From Pristiophorus japonicus (lineage: Eukaryota): 64,000 bases of DNA. Location of the stretch: assembly GCF_044704955.1 (NCBI RefSeq), contig NC_091999.1, positions 65,286,001 to 65,350,000 on the forward strand, read 5' to 3'. Under the pieces are notes generated by a model. The model was not told the origin of the DNA. It did no database searches and saw nothing but the letters and a program-made list of their open reading frames with translations. Shown in pieces: positions 11,892 through 23,764 of the stretch (its first letter is position 1; each line of letters opens with the position of its first letter). Position numbers and translations under genes: made by a program.

Positions 11892-14540
11892 GAAACATAG
11901 AAACATGGAAACATAGAAAAAAGTTGCAGGAATAGGCCATTCGCTCCTTCGAGCCTGCACCAACATTCACTAAGATCATGGCTAATCATTCACTTCAGTA
12001 CCCCTTTCCAGCTTTCGCTCCATACCCCTTGATCCCTTTATCTTAAGGGCCATATCCAACTCTATCTTGAATATATCTAATGAACTGGCATCAACAACGC
12101 TCTGCGGAAGAGAATTCCACAGGTTAACAACTCTCTGAGTGAAGAAGTTTCTCCTCATCTCGGTCCTAAATGTCATACCCCTTATTCTTAGACTGTGACC
12201 ACTGGTTCTGGATCACCCAACATCGGGGACATTCTTCCAGCATCTAACCTGCCTAGTCCTGTCAGCATTTTACATGTTTCTGAGGTCCCCGCTCATATTT
12301 CTAAACTCCATTGAATACAGGCCGAATGGATCCTATCTCTCCTCATATGGCAGTCCTGCCATCCCGGAAATCAGTCTGGTGAGCCTTCGTTGCACTCCAT
12401 CAATTGCAAGAACGTCATTCCTCAGATTAGGAGAACAAAACTGAACACAGTATTCCAGGTGAGGCCTCACCAAGGCCTGTACAGCTGCAGCAAGACCGCC
12501 CTGCTGCTATATTCAAATCCCTAAGTTATGGGGCCAACATGCTATTTGCCTTCTTCCTGTCTGATGCAACTGCATGTCAACCTTCAATGACTGATGTACC
12601 ATGACACCCAAGTCTCGTTCACCTCCCCTTTCCCTAATCTGCCGCCATTCAGATAATAGTCTGCCGTCGTGTTTATGCCACCAAAGTGGATAACCTCACA
12701 TTTATCCACATTACACTACATCTGCCATGCAATTGCCCAATCAACTAACCTGTCCAAATCAACCTGCAGCCTCTTAGCATCCTCCTCACATTTTACATCG
12801 CCATCCAGCTTAATGTCACCTGCAAACTTGGAGATATAATACAAAATTCATTCATCTAATTCATTGATGTATATTGTAAATTGCTGTGCTCCCAGCGGCA
12901 CCCAACTAGTCACTGCCTTCCATTGTGAAAAGGACCCGTTAACCCCGACACACTGCTACCTGTCTGCCAACGAGATCTCTATCCACGTCAATACATTACC
13001 CCCAATACCATGTGCTTAAATTTTGCACACCAACCTCTTGTGCGGGACATTATCAAATGCCTTTTGAAAGTCACACTACACCACATCGACTGGTTCTCCC
13101 TTGTCCATTCTACTAGCTATATCCTTACAAAATTCTAAAAGATTTGTCAAGCATGATTTCCCTTTCATAAATCCATGCTGACTCGGACCGATCCTGTCAC
13201 TGCTTTCCAAATGCATTGCTATTTCACCTTTATTAATGGATTCCAACATTTTCCCCACCACTGATGTCAGGGTAACCGGTCTATAATTACGCGTTTTCTC
13301 TCTTAGTCCGTTTTCAAAATGTGGTGTTACATTATCTACCCTCCAGTCCATACGAACTGGCTAGAATCGATGGAGTGTTGGAAAATAATCACCAATGCAT
13401 CCATTATTTCTCGGGCCACCTCCTTAAGTACTCTGGGATGCAGACTATCAGGCCGCGAGGATTTATCGGCCTTCAATCTCATCAATTTCCCTTATACAAT
13501 TTCCCACATCTAAGGATTTCCTTCAGTTCCTCCTTCTCACTCGCGCGTCTTCCTTCGTGAAGATAGAACAAAAATATTTGTTCAATGGTCTACCATGCCT
13601 TTGTTGCCCATTATAAATTCACCTGAATCTGACTGCAAGGGACCTACGTTTGCCTTCACTATTCTTTTCCTCTTCACAAATCGATAGACGTTTTTATGTT
13701 CCCAGCAAACTTCCACTCATACTCTATTTTCCCCCTCCTAATTAAACCCTTTGTCCGCCTCTGCTAAATTCAAAATTACTCCCCATCCTCAGGTTGATGC
13801 TTTTTCTGACCAATTTATAAGCATCTTCCTTGGATTTAACACTATTATTAATTTCCCTTGTTAGCCACCTTCCCTGTTTTATTTTTTCTCCAGACAGGGA
13901 TGTACATTTGTTGAAGTTCATCCATGAGATCTATAAATGTTTGATATTTCCTATCCACTATATACCCTTTAATTATCATTTGCCTGTCTATTCTAGCCAA
14001 TTCATGTCTCATACCATTGAAGTTTCCTTTCCTTAACTTCAGGACCCCAGTCTCATAATTAATTGTGTCACTTGCCGCCTTAATAAAGTATTCTAACTTA
14101 TTATAGTTACTCTTCCCCAAGGGGCCCCGCACAACAAGATTGCTAATTAGTCCTGTCTCATTACACATCGCCCATTCTAAGATGACCAGCTCTCTAGTTT
14201 ATTCCTCGACATATTCGTGGAGAAAACCATCCCTAATACACTTCAGCAAATCCTCCTCCACCATATTGCTAGCAGCTTGGTTAGCCCAATCTATATGTAG
14301 AGTAAAGTAGCCCATGATAACTGTTGAACCTTTATTGCACACATCTCCACTTTCTTCTTTGATGCTGTTCCCAAACTCACTACTATTGTTTGGTGGTACA
14401 CAATTCCCACTAGCGCTTTCTTCCCTTTGATATTCCGCAGCTCCACCCACACAGAATCCACGCGAATATCCTTCCTTACTATTGCGTTAATTTCCTCTTT
14501 AACCAGAAAAACCACACCACCTCCTTTTCCTTTCTAACTA
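11892..14540 (-). mobile_element. CR1 LINE ORF2 (EN-RT), decayed
   Basis: DWRVDNVTP..RNYRPVTLTSVVGK..QHGFMKGKSCLTNLLEF; FRTEMRRNFFTQRVVNLWNSLP; (GAAACATA)n tail. Confidence 0.92.
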
Positions 14541-14712
14541 TCATAGAAACATAGAAACATAGAAAATAGGTGCAGGAGTAGGCCATACGACCCTTCCAGC
14601 CTGCACCGCCATTCAATGAGTTCATGGCTGAATATGCAACTTCAGTACCCCATTCCTGCTTTCTCGCCATACCCATTGATCCCCCGAGTAGTAAGGACTT
14701 CATCTAACTCCC
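14541..14712 (-). mobile_element. CR1 3' end fragment
   Basis: (ATAGAAAC)n tail plus 3' UTR, nearly identical to 40716-40890. Confidence 0.85.
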
Positions 14713-14732
14713 TGTTGATGAATTTAAAGATT

Positions 14733-14815
14733 TACTAGGAGTGGAGTTCGAACCCAGGCAGGTATAAACCCATTGGATTTAATCTCCAACGCCTTAACCA
14801 GTCAGCCATTCTGCT
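14733..14815 (-). tRNA. tRNA-Leu(TAA)-derived pseudogene
   Basis: AGCAGAATGGCTGACTGGTTAAGGCGTTGGA-GATTAAA-TCCAATGG..GGTTCGAACTCCACTCCTAGTA; 83 nt with a mutated anticodon loop. Confidence 0.8.
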
Positions 14816-14924
14816 CTTATCAGTATTCGGATTTTGTCTCTGTGGGAATCTGGGCTGCAGCGCCACTCTCACAGACACAGCTTTTTAGTGAGCATTTTCG
14901 AATATTAATAGTAATATTCACATG

Positions 14925-15165
14925 GGGACAACTCTCCTATTCTTTTTCGAATAATGCTCTGGGAACTTCCACATCCACCCGAGCAGACGGAGCTTCAATT
15001 TAACATTTCATTCGAAAGTCAACAGCTTCAAAAATGCAATATTCCCCAAGTACTGCATTTGAGTGTCAGCCAAGATAATGTGCTCAAGTCTCAGGAGTGG
15101 GACTTATACACACAACCTCCTCATTCCGTCCAGAATACCTCCACTGAATCAAAGCCGATACCAAA
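14925..15165 (-). mobile_element. tRNA-derived Deu-domain SINE (shark type); paralogous copy at ~28170-28410
   Basis: The reverse complement resembles the Deu-SINE core (GAGACTTGAGCACA..GCTGACACT..TGCAGTACT..GGGTGGATGT). Confidence 0.6.
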
Positions 15166-15551
15166 TATCACATCAGTATTAATTTCCCCAAGTCTTTTTA
15201 AAAAGTTCCAGGACATACCAAATTCATGGAGATGATTTCCACAGACAGTTCCATATGCACAGAGACATATATAGAGATAGACAGACAGAGAGACGCACGC
15301 ACAACCACAATATACACGTACCAACGGAAATGCACAGAGTGCCTCAGACATAAGAGGGCGAGAGAGACTGAATCACTATCGCTACTTTGGCTGATTTTTG
15401 CGTTTTTCTACCCGTATGTATCGTAAATATTGCAGTTTAATGACAATGAGAAAAAATGTCAGTATTGAATGGTGTGGGACATTATTCCACCTATCTTATG
15501 GTCAGTTTTTCAGAGACCTGGTTAAATTGTGGAATGGAAAGGGCCGTGAAC

Positions 15552-15631
15552 CGTAGTCAGCAGGATGGAATCAGCGCGGTGAAACCCAATGGATTTCTAG
15601 TCCATCATCGTGAACATTGAGCCACGACTAC
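15552..15631 (-). tRNA. tRNA-Ser(AGA) pseudogene
   Basis: GTAGTCGTGG..GATGGACTAGAAATCCATTGGG..CCTGCTGACTACG; D and T arms damaged. Confidence 0.8.
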
Positions 15632-15939
15632 TGGCTCTCTGCCGCTTTAAATATGACCCAGATTAAAAGTCAAGCATTCAGCTCTCTGCAGCAGAAGGCC
15701 ACAGAGTACCGAAAAAGTCTCTGTTTGCTAAAAATCTGAAAGAGACAATCTTCTCTTGCTGTATTTTTACTCCTCGATGTTGCTCCGCAAATTGTTCCCA
15801 AGGAACAGAAGCAAAATTCCACTCTTTGAAAATGCTGCCTCCTCGTCGGGGAATTAAAGCCACTATACTAACGAGAAACTGACGGTTGCGCAGTCTATCA
15901 CAGCAGCAATCGAGCTGTGCACAGAACTGGACACCGTGA

Positions 15940-16305
15940 AAAAGAGACAGACATATTGTCAGAAAGATATAATCAGACAAACAGACAGCGAATTAGTAAC
16001 AATTCGAGAGAGAAAGTGTGAAACTGCGAGGGAGGGTCAGTCTGAGTGAGACAAAGACTCAAACATATACATATACAGAGATATCTGTGTGCTCCATATA
16101 GAGAGGCAAAGAGTGATGAAAAGACAGAGATGAAGACAAAGAGAAATAGAGATATAAAGAGAGAGACAATTAGAGAGAGACCGACAGATACAGAGAGAGA
16201 AAGAGAGAGAAAAACAGAAAATGAGGGAAATACTCAGCAGATTAGAGACAGGGACTAACAGAGACAGGAACAGAGAGACAGACAGGCAGAGACATTGACA
16301 GAGTC
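15940..16305. repeat. GA-rich low-complexity/microsatellite tract
   Basis: AGAC/AGAG runs; a longer paralogous tract lies at 29765-30555. Confidence 0.85.
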
Positions 16306-16309
16306 AGTA

Positions 16310-18520
16310 ATCTCAGGATTGCTACCAGTGCCACGTGCTAGTTGGAGCAGAAATCGCAGGATAGATCAGATGAATACGTGGCTTGAGGAATGATGCAAGG
16401 GGGAGGGATTCAAATTCCTGGGACATTGGAACCAGTGCTGGGAAAGGTGGGCCCAGTACATAACGGACGGTCTGCACCGGGGCAGCAAAGGAACCGTTGT
16501 CCACCGCGGAGCGTTTGCTAGTGCTGTTGAGTAGAATTTAAACAAAAAAGGCAGGGGGTGGGAATCTATGCAGGGAGGCAGAGGGAAGTAAAAAGGGGGC
16601 AGGAGCAAAAGATAGGAAGTAAAAAAGCAAGAATGGAGATCAGAGAAATCAAGTGTAAAATTCAAAAACTGCCACATTACAACATAATTCTAAAAGGATA
16701 AAGAGTATTTAAAAAAACAAGCCTGAAGACTCTGAGTCTCAATGTGAGGAGCATTCGTAATAAGGTGGATGAATAACTACGCAGTTAATTGTTAACTGAC
16801 ATGCTGTAATTGGAATTATGGATACATGGCTCCAGGGAGACCAAGGCTGGGAACTCAACATCCAGGGGTATTCAATATTCAGGAAGGACAGACATAAAAG
16901 GCAAATGAGATGGGTTAGCATTACTGGTTAAGGAGAGAATCACACAAAAGCAAGGAAGGATGTTAGCTTGGATGATGTAGAATATATATGGTTACAGATG
17001 GGAAACACCAAAGGGCAGAAAACGTTAGTGGGAGTTATGTGCAGACCACCAAACAGTAGTAGGATGGTTGGGGATGGCATCAAATAGGAAATTAGGGATG
17101 CGTGCAATAAATGTACAGCAGTTATCATGGGTGAAGTTAATCTACATATATATTGGGCTAACCATCGCGTTACAATTCTGCGGAGCAGGGTTTCCTGGAG
17201 TGTATTATGGATGGATTTCTCGACCAATATGTCGAGGAAGCAACTCGAGAGCAGGCCACCCTAGACTGAGTGTTGTATAATGAGAAAGGAGTAAGTAGCG
17301 ATCTTGCTGTGCGAGGCCCCTTGGGGAAGACTGAACATAATATGGCAGAATTATTCATTAAGATGGCGAGTGACACAGTTAATTCAGAGATTAGGGTCCT
17401 GAACTTAAAGAAAAGTAACTTCGATGGTATGAGACGTGAATTGGTTAGGATAGACTGGCGAATGCTACTTAAACGGTTAACGGTGGATAGGCAATGGCAG
17501 ACATTTAAAGATGACATGGATGAACTACAATAATTGTACATCCCTGTGTGGTGGAAGAATAAAAAGGGGAAGGGGGATCAACCGTGGCTCACAAATGAAA
17601 TTAGTCAAAGTTTTAATCAAAGGAAGAGGCATAAAATTTGGCCAGAAAAAGCAGTAAACCTGAGGACTGGGAGAAATGTAAATTCAGTAGAGGCGGACTA
17701 AGGGTTTAGTTAGGAGGGTGAAAATAGAGCATTAGAGTGAGCTTGCAGGGAACATATCAACTGACTGCAAAATCCTCTACAGATATGTGAAGAGAAAAAG
17801 ATTAGTGAAGACAAATGTAGGTATATTGCAGTTTGAATCAGGGGAGTTCAAAATGGGGAACAAGAAATAGCAGACCAATTGAACAAATACATTATTTCTG
17901 TCTTCACGAAGGAAGACATGAAAACCCTCCCGAAAATAATAGAGGATCGAGGATCGAGCTAGAAAGGGGAACTGAGGGAAATCCTCAGTAATCAGGAAAT
18001 GGTGTTAGGGAAATTGAAGGGACTGAAGGCCGATAAATTTCCAGGGCCTGAAAGTCTGTATCCTAGAGTATTAGGGAATTGACCCAAGAAATAGTAGATG
18101 AAGTGGTGGTCATTTTCCAACATTCGATAGACTCTGGTTCAGTTCCTATGGATTGGAGGGTAGCAAATGTAACCCCAGTTTTGAAAAAGGAGGGAGAGAG
18201 AAAACTGGGAATTGTAGACCGGTTAGCCTGACATCAATAGTGGGGAAAATGCTGGAATCAATTATTAATGTTTGAATAGCAGCGCATTTGGAAAGAAGTT
18301 ACAGGATCAGTCCAATTCAGCATGGACTTATGAAAGGGAAGTCATGCTCGACAAATCTTCTGGAGCTTTTTGAGGATGCAACTAGTAAAGTGGATAAGGG
18401 AGAACCAGTGGATGCTGTGTATTTGGAGTTTCAAAACGCATTTGAAAAGGACCACGCAAGAGATGAGTGTGCAAAATTAAGGGATATGGTATTGGGGGTG
18501 ATATATTCACGTGGATAGAG
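16310..18520 (+). mobile_element. CR1 LINE (ORF1 esterase-like end, ORF2 EN and start of RT), decayed
   Basis: DGLH motif near 16465; DTWLQGDQGWELNIQGYSIFRKDR; QHGLMKGKSCSTNLLE. Confidence 0.9.
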
Positions 18521-18675
18521 AAATATAGAAACATAGAAAATAGATGCCGATTTGGCTATTCGGCCCTTCGAGCCTCCACCATCATTCAATATAATTATGG
18601 CTGATAAATTATTTCACTACCCCATTCCTGCTTTCTCTCCATACCCCTTGATCCTTTTAGCCGTGAGAGCCATTT
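18521..18675 (-). mobile_element. CR1 3' end fragment
   Basis: Tail repeat and 3' UTR as in the other copies. Confidence 0.75.
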
Positions 18676-21600
18676 TAGGCAGTCCCTCGACATGCATCCA
18701 CTCCCAAAGTGATGGCTGAACAGTCCACTACGCTAGCCACAGACCCTGTTACAGGTGGGAGAGACATTCGTAGAAGGAAGGGTTCGTTGCGGATAGTTTG
18801 CCGCGCCCTACTTCTGCTGCCTACACTTGACTTCTTCACACTCTTTGCGTTGAGACTCGAAGAGCTCAGCGCCCTCCCGGATGCATTCCTCCACTTAGAG
18901 CGGTGTTTGTCCAGCGAGTCTGAGTTGTCGGTGGCGATGTTGCACTTTACCAGGGAGCTTTGAGGGTGTCATTGTAACGTTTCCACTGCACAACTTTGGC
19001 TATTTTCCATGAAGGAGCTCTGCATAAAGTATTTGCTTAGAGAGTCGCGTCTCTGGCATGCAAACTATGTGGCCTGCCCAGCGGAGTTGATCAAGTGTGG
19101 TCAGTGCTTCAATACTGCGGATGTTAGCCTGGTCGAGTACAGTGATGTTGGTGCGCCTGTCCTCCCAGGAGATTTGCAGGATCTTGCAGAGACTTGAGGT
19201 GTCTACTGTAAATACTCCATGTCTCGGATTCATAAATGAGGGCGGGTATTACTACAACCCCATAGACAACGAACTTGCTGGTAGAATTGAGGGCCTGCTC
19301 TTCAAACACTCTTTTGCTCAGACGGCCGAAAGCTGCAGTGGTGCACTGGAGGAGATGTTGAATCTCTGCATTAATGACTGCCTTTGTTGATAAGAGGCGC
19401 CCGAGATATGGGACATGGTCCATGTTGTCCACGGCCGCGCCGTGGATCTTGATGATTGGAGGGCAATGCTGAGTGGCGGGGACAGGCTGGTGGAGGATCT
19501 TTGTATTACAGATGTTAAGCGTAATGCCCATGCATGCATATGCCTCAGTGAATACATAGAGTAAATCCTGGAATTTAGCCTCGGAATCTGCACAGGTGCA
19601 GGCGCCATCTGCATACTGTAGCTTAACAACAGAGGTTGGTTTAATCTTGGACCTTGCCTGGAGGCAGCTTCGGTTAAACAGCTTGCCACTGGTTCTGTAG
19701 TTTAGTTTCACTCCAGCGGGGAGCTTGTTCATTATGAGCTGGAGCATGGTGGCGAGGAAGATTGACAAGAAGATTGGAGCGATGGTGCAACCCTATTTCA
19801 CCCAGGTCTGGACGTGTATTCGGTCTGTAACGCATCTGTTATTAAGGATCACGGCATGTCATTGTGAAGCAGGCAGAGGATGTTGGGACTTTCGGGACAT
19901 CCGAAACGGAGGAGGACGCTCAATAGACCTTCATGGTTGACATTGTCGACGGCCTTTGTTAGATCGAAAAAGCCGATGTTTAAGGGGTGGCGCTGCTCCC
20001 TGCATTTTTCCTGCAGCTGTTGCGCTGAAAAGATTATGTCCGTTGTGTCCCGGAGGGAACGAAATCCGCACTGAGACTCCAGTAGGAACTGTTCGGCCAC
20101 AGGGATTAGACGATTGAGGAGAACTCGAGCGACAACTTTCCCAGTGGCTGATAGCGGGAGATTCCCCTGTAGTTGCCGCAGTCGGACAAGTCCCCTTTTT
20201 AAAAAATGTTCACAATCACTTCATCTCTGAGATCTCGCGGCATGCTCGCCTCCCCTCGGATGAGAGAGATGATGTCGTGTATCCGTGCCAATGGCGCCTC
20301 TCCGCCATACTTTTGCGCATCAGTAGGAAATCCATCTGCACCCGTGGCCTTGTTGTTCTTGAGCTGTTTTATGGCTTTGCCTACCTCGTGCAACGTTGGC
20401 GTTTCACTGAGTTGATGGCGGGTCACATGCTGCGGGATGGAGTCGAGAACTATGGAGTCAAAGGCAGATCTTCAAAGTTCTCCTTCCATTAGGCCCTGAC
20501 AGCCTCAATGTCCCTGATGAGTGTGTCACCGTTCTTGTCCAGGAGTGGTGTGTGGCCTTGGCAGTTTGGACCATAGGTGGCCTTGACAGCAGTGAAGATT
20601 CCTCGCATATCGTGGCTTTCGGCCAGCTGCTGTATCTCCTGTGCTTTCTCCATCCAGCACATGTCGTTTCGGTCCCGGGTTTTTTGTTGGACCTGAGCCT
20701 TGAGTAATATTGTTTTGCAGCTCCCGTGTTGGGTTTTGCTTGAGGCTCGGACATGCTTTGCACTTGCGATCTATTAGTTCTTCGATCTCCTGATCATTTT
20801 CATCAAACCAGTCCTGATGTTTTCTGCTTGAGTGATCAAGTGCCTCTTCACAGGCACTGTTTCCAGAGGCCTGGAGGGCAGACCAAGCGCTGTGGGCATT
20901 CAGCATCTTAGGATGATTAAGGGATGCCAGATTGACTGTGAGGCGCTGGCTGTATAGGGCTCTCTTAGCTGAGTCTCGAAGTGCCCCGCATTAACTTTTT
21001 TTGCGGAACTGCTTCTGCTGTCCCCCCTGATTTGGGGCTATGTTATTGTTGAAGATGGATTGCATTAGGTGGTGGTCCATTTAGCAGTCGTCAGCTCCTG
21101 GCATGGCGCGGGTGATGTGATCATCCTTGCGATCCCTCGCTCATATGATCACATAGTCAAGCAGGTGCCAGTGTTTGGAGCGAGGGTGTCGCCACGATGC
21201 TATTTATTTGTCCCTCTGGTTGGAACAGGGTGTTGGCGATGAGGAGTTCATGTTCAAGACATTTTGTCAGGAGTAGGCTACCGCTGGAGTTGGCTCTCCC
21301 TACCACCTGTCAGCCAATCACGCCTCCCCAGAGGGCTACTTCATTCGCTACCCTGACATTAAATCACCCAGGAAGATCATTTAGTCGCCCTTGTGGACGC
21401 GGGACAAGCATGTCTCGAGGTTGGAATAAAAACACTCCCTATCCTCTTCCGTTGTATCGCGTGTGGGGCATACGCACTGATGACTGTTGTGCATTCGTTC
21501 CAGGACAGGTTAAGACGAATAGTCATGAGGCGTTCGTTAACCCCACGGGGAGGGTCTTTGAGGCGGTTGACCAGCTCATTCTTGATGGCAATTCCGACTC

Positions 21601-21930
21601 CATGAAGGCGGCGTTTTGCCTCTGGTTTCCCTGTCCGGAAAAAGGTGTAAACTCCTCCATGTTTCTTCAACTGGCATTCCCCTGCCCGCCGGGTCTCGCT
21701 TAGGGCGGCGATGTCAATGTCAAAACGTCTGAGTTCCCGGGCAACTATGGCGGTGCGGCGTTCCGGCCTGTTACTGTTAGGTTTGTCCATGAGGCTTCTG
21801 ATGTTACAGGTCCCGAAATGCATACTGACGAAGTGGAAGATGCCTATGCATGAGTTCGTTTAATGTGGGGCGGCCGCTGCACACCGGCAACCACGCGGGA
21901 TTAGCCGAGCAAAGTCTTGGTCCAGCCTAC
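18676..21930 (-). mobile_element. Near full-length RTE-clade LINE, decayed
   Basis: FGTCNIRSLMD..RPERRTAIVARELRRFDIDIAALSETR (EN); ESQCGFRSLRDTTDIIFSAQQLQEKCREQ..FFDLTKA; LQYADG; QLRWAGHIVCMPETRLSKQILY. Confidence 0.92.
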
Positions 21931-21994
21931 TTGCCTATTGCGAAGTGTTGACCGCAAGCTCGGCGCTGAGTAGTGACATTAATGAGGGCCTCAA

Positions 21995-23160
21995 CTAACT
22001 CCCTTTTGAATATATCGAATGAACTGGCCCCATTAACGTTCTCTGATAGTGAATTCCACATGCCCACAACTCTCTGGCAGAACTGGTTGGCAGACAAGAA
22101 GCAAAGCGTGGGAATAAACGGTTTTTTTTCAAATGGCAGGAAGTGACTAGTGCGGTGCCGCAGGGTTCAGTGCTGGGACCCCAGCAATGAACAATATACA
22201 TTAATGATTTAGATGAAGGAATTGAACGTAATATCTCCAAGTTTGCAAATGACAGCTGAGCGGCAGTGCGAGCTGCGAGGACCATGCTTAGAGGCTGCAG
22301 CGTGACTTGGACAGGTTAGGTGAATAGGCAAATGCATGCAGATGCAGGATACTGTGCATAAATGTGAGGTTATCAACTTTGGTGGCAAAAAAAGGAAGGC
22401 AGATTATTCTCTGAACGGCGAAATATTAGTAAAACGGGAGTTGCAACGAGACCTGGGTGTCATGGTACATCAGTCATTGAAAGTAGGCATGCAGTTACAG
22501 CAGGCGGTGAAGAAAGCAAATGACATGCTGGCCTTCATAGCGAGGGGATTTGAGTATAGGAGCAGGGAGGTCTTACTGCAGTTATACAGGACCTTGGTGA
22601 GACCACACCGTGAGTGATGTGTCCAGTTTTGTCTCCTAATCTGAGGAAGGACGTGCTTGCTATTGAGAGAGTGCAGCGAAGGTTCACCAGACTGATTCCC
22701 GGGATTGTAGAACTGAGATATGAGGAAAGACTGGATCGGCTAGGCTTATACACACTGGAGTTTAGAAGAATGAGAGGGAATCTCAGAGAACGTATAAAAT
22801 GCTGACGGGACTGGACAGGTTAGATGCAGGGAGAATTTTCCGCTGTTGGGGAATTCCAGAACCAGGGGACACAGTCTAAGGATACGAGGTAAGCCATTTA
22901 GGACCGAGATGAGGAGAAATCTTTTCACTCAGAGAGTTCGGAACCTATGGAATTCTCTACCACAGAAAGTCGTTGAGTCCAGTTCGTTAGATATATTCAA
23001 AAGGGACTTAAATGTGGACCTTACGGCTAAATGGATCAGAAAGTATGGAGAGATGGATGGGGCAGGATACTGAGGTTGAATGATCAGCCATGATCATATT
23101 GAATGGCGGTGCAAGTTTCAAGGACCTGCTCTTGCACCTATTTTCTATGTTTCTGTGTTT
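21995..23160 (+). mobile_element. CR1 3' part (RT C-terminus), preceded by a short inverted piece at 21995-22075
   Basis: SAVPQGSVLGP; FRTEMRRNLFTQRVRNLWNSLP; TTTCTATG tail. Confidence 0.88.
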
Positions 23161-23164
23161 CAAT

Positions 23165-23760
23165 ATTTTTCCTGATTATAGCGTTAATCTCCTATTTTAT
23201 CCAGTAACGCAAACCCACCTCCTTTTCCGTCTGTCTGTCTTTCCTGAATATTGAATACCACTGGATGTTGAGTTCAGAGCTCTTGCTTATCTTGGAGCCA
23301 TGTCTCCGTAATCCCAATTAAATCACAGCCGTTAACAGCTATCTGCGTAATCTATTGAGCCACATTATTACAAATGCTCCTCGCATTGAGACTCAGAGCC
23401 TTCAGGCTTGTTTATTTTTAAACACTCTGTCCTTTTAGAATTATGTTGTGATGTTGCCCTTTTTGATTTTAGCACTTCATTTCTCTGACACACACTCTTG
23501 CTTTTCTCCTTCCTATTGTTGCTTCTGCCCCCATTTGACCACCCTCTGCCTTGCTGCCTAGATTGCCACCCGCTGCGTTTTTAGTTTAACCCCTCCCAAA
23601 CGCACTAGCAAACACTCTGCCTAGGACATCGGTTCCGGTCCTGCCCAGGTGCAGACCGTCCGGTTTATACTGATCCCACCTCCCAGAGAGCCGCTTCCAA
23701 TGTCCCAGGAATTTGAATCCCTCCCCCGTGCACCAAATTCCAAATCATTGTGACGATATC
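23165..23760 (-). mobile_element. CR1 ORF1/ORF2 junction fragment
   Basis: Reverse-complement homolog of 16380-16960. Confidence 0.8.
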
Positions 23761-23764
23761 CACA

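Noticed and set aside
14733-14815. Anticodon loop GATTAAA could be read as an ochre-suppressor (TTA) tRNA
   Set aside because: U33 is missing, the acceptor and D stems are mismatched, and the paralog has the normal CTTAAGA loop, so this is simple decay.
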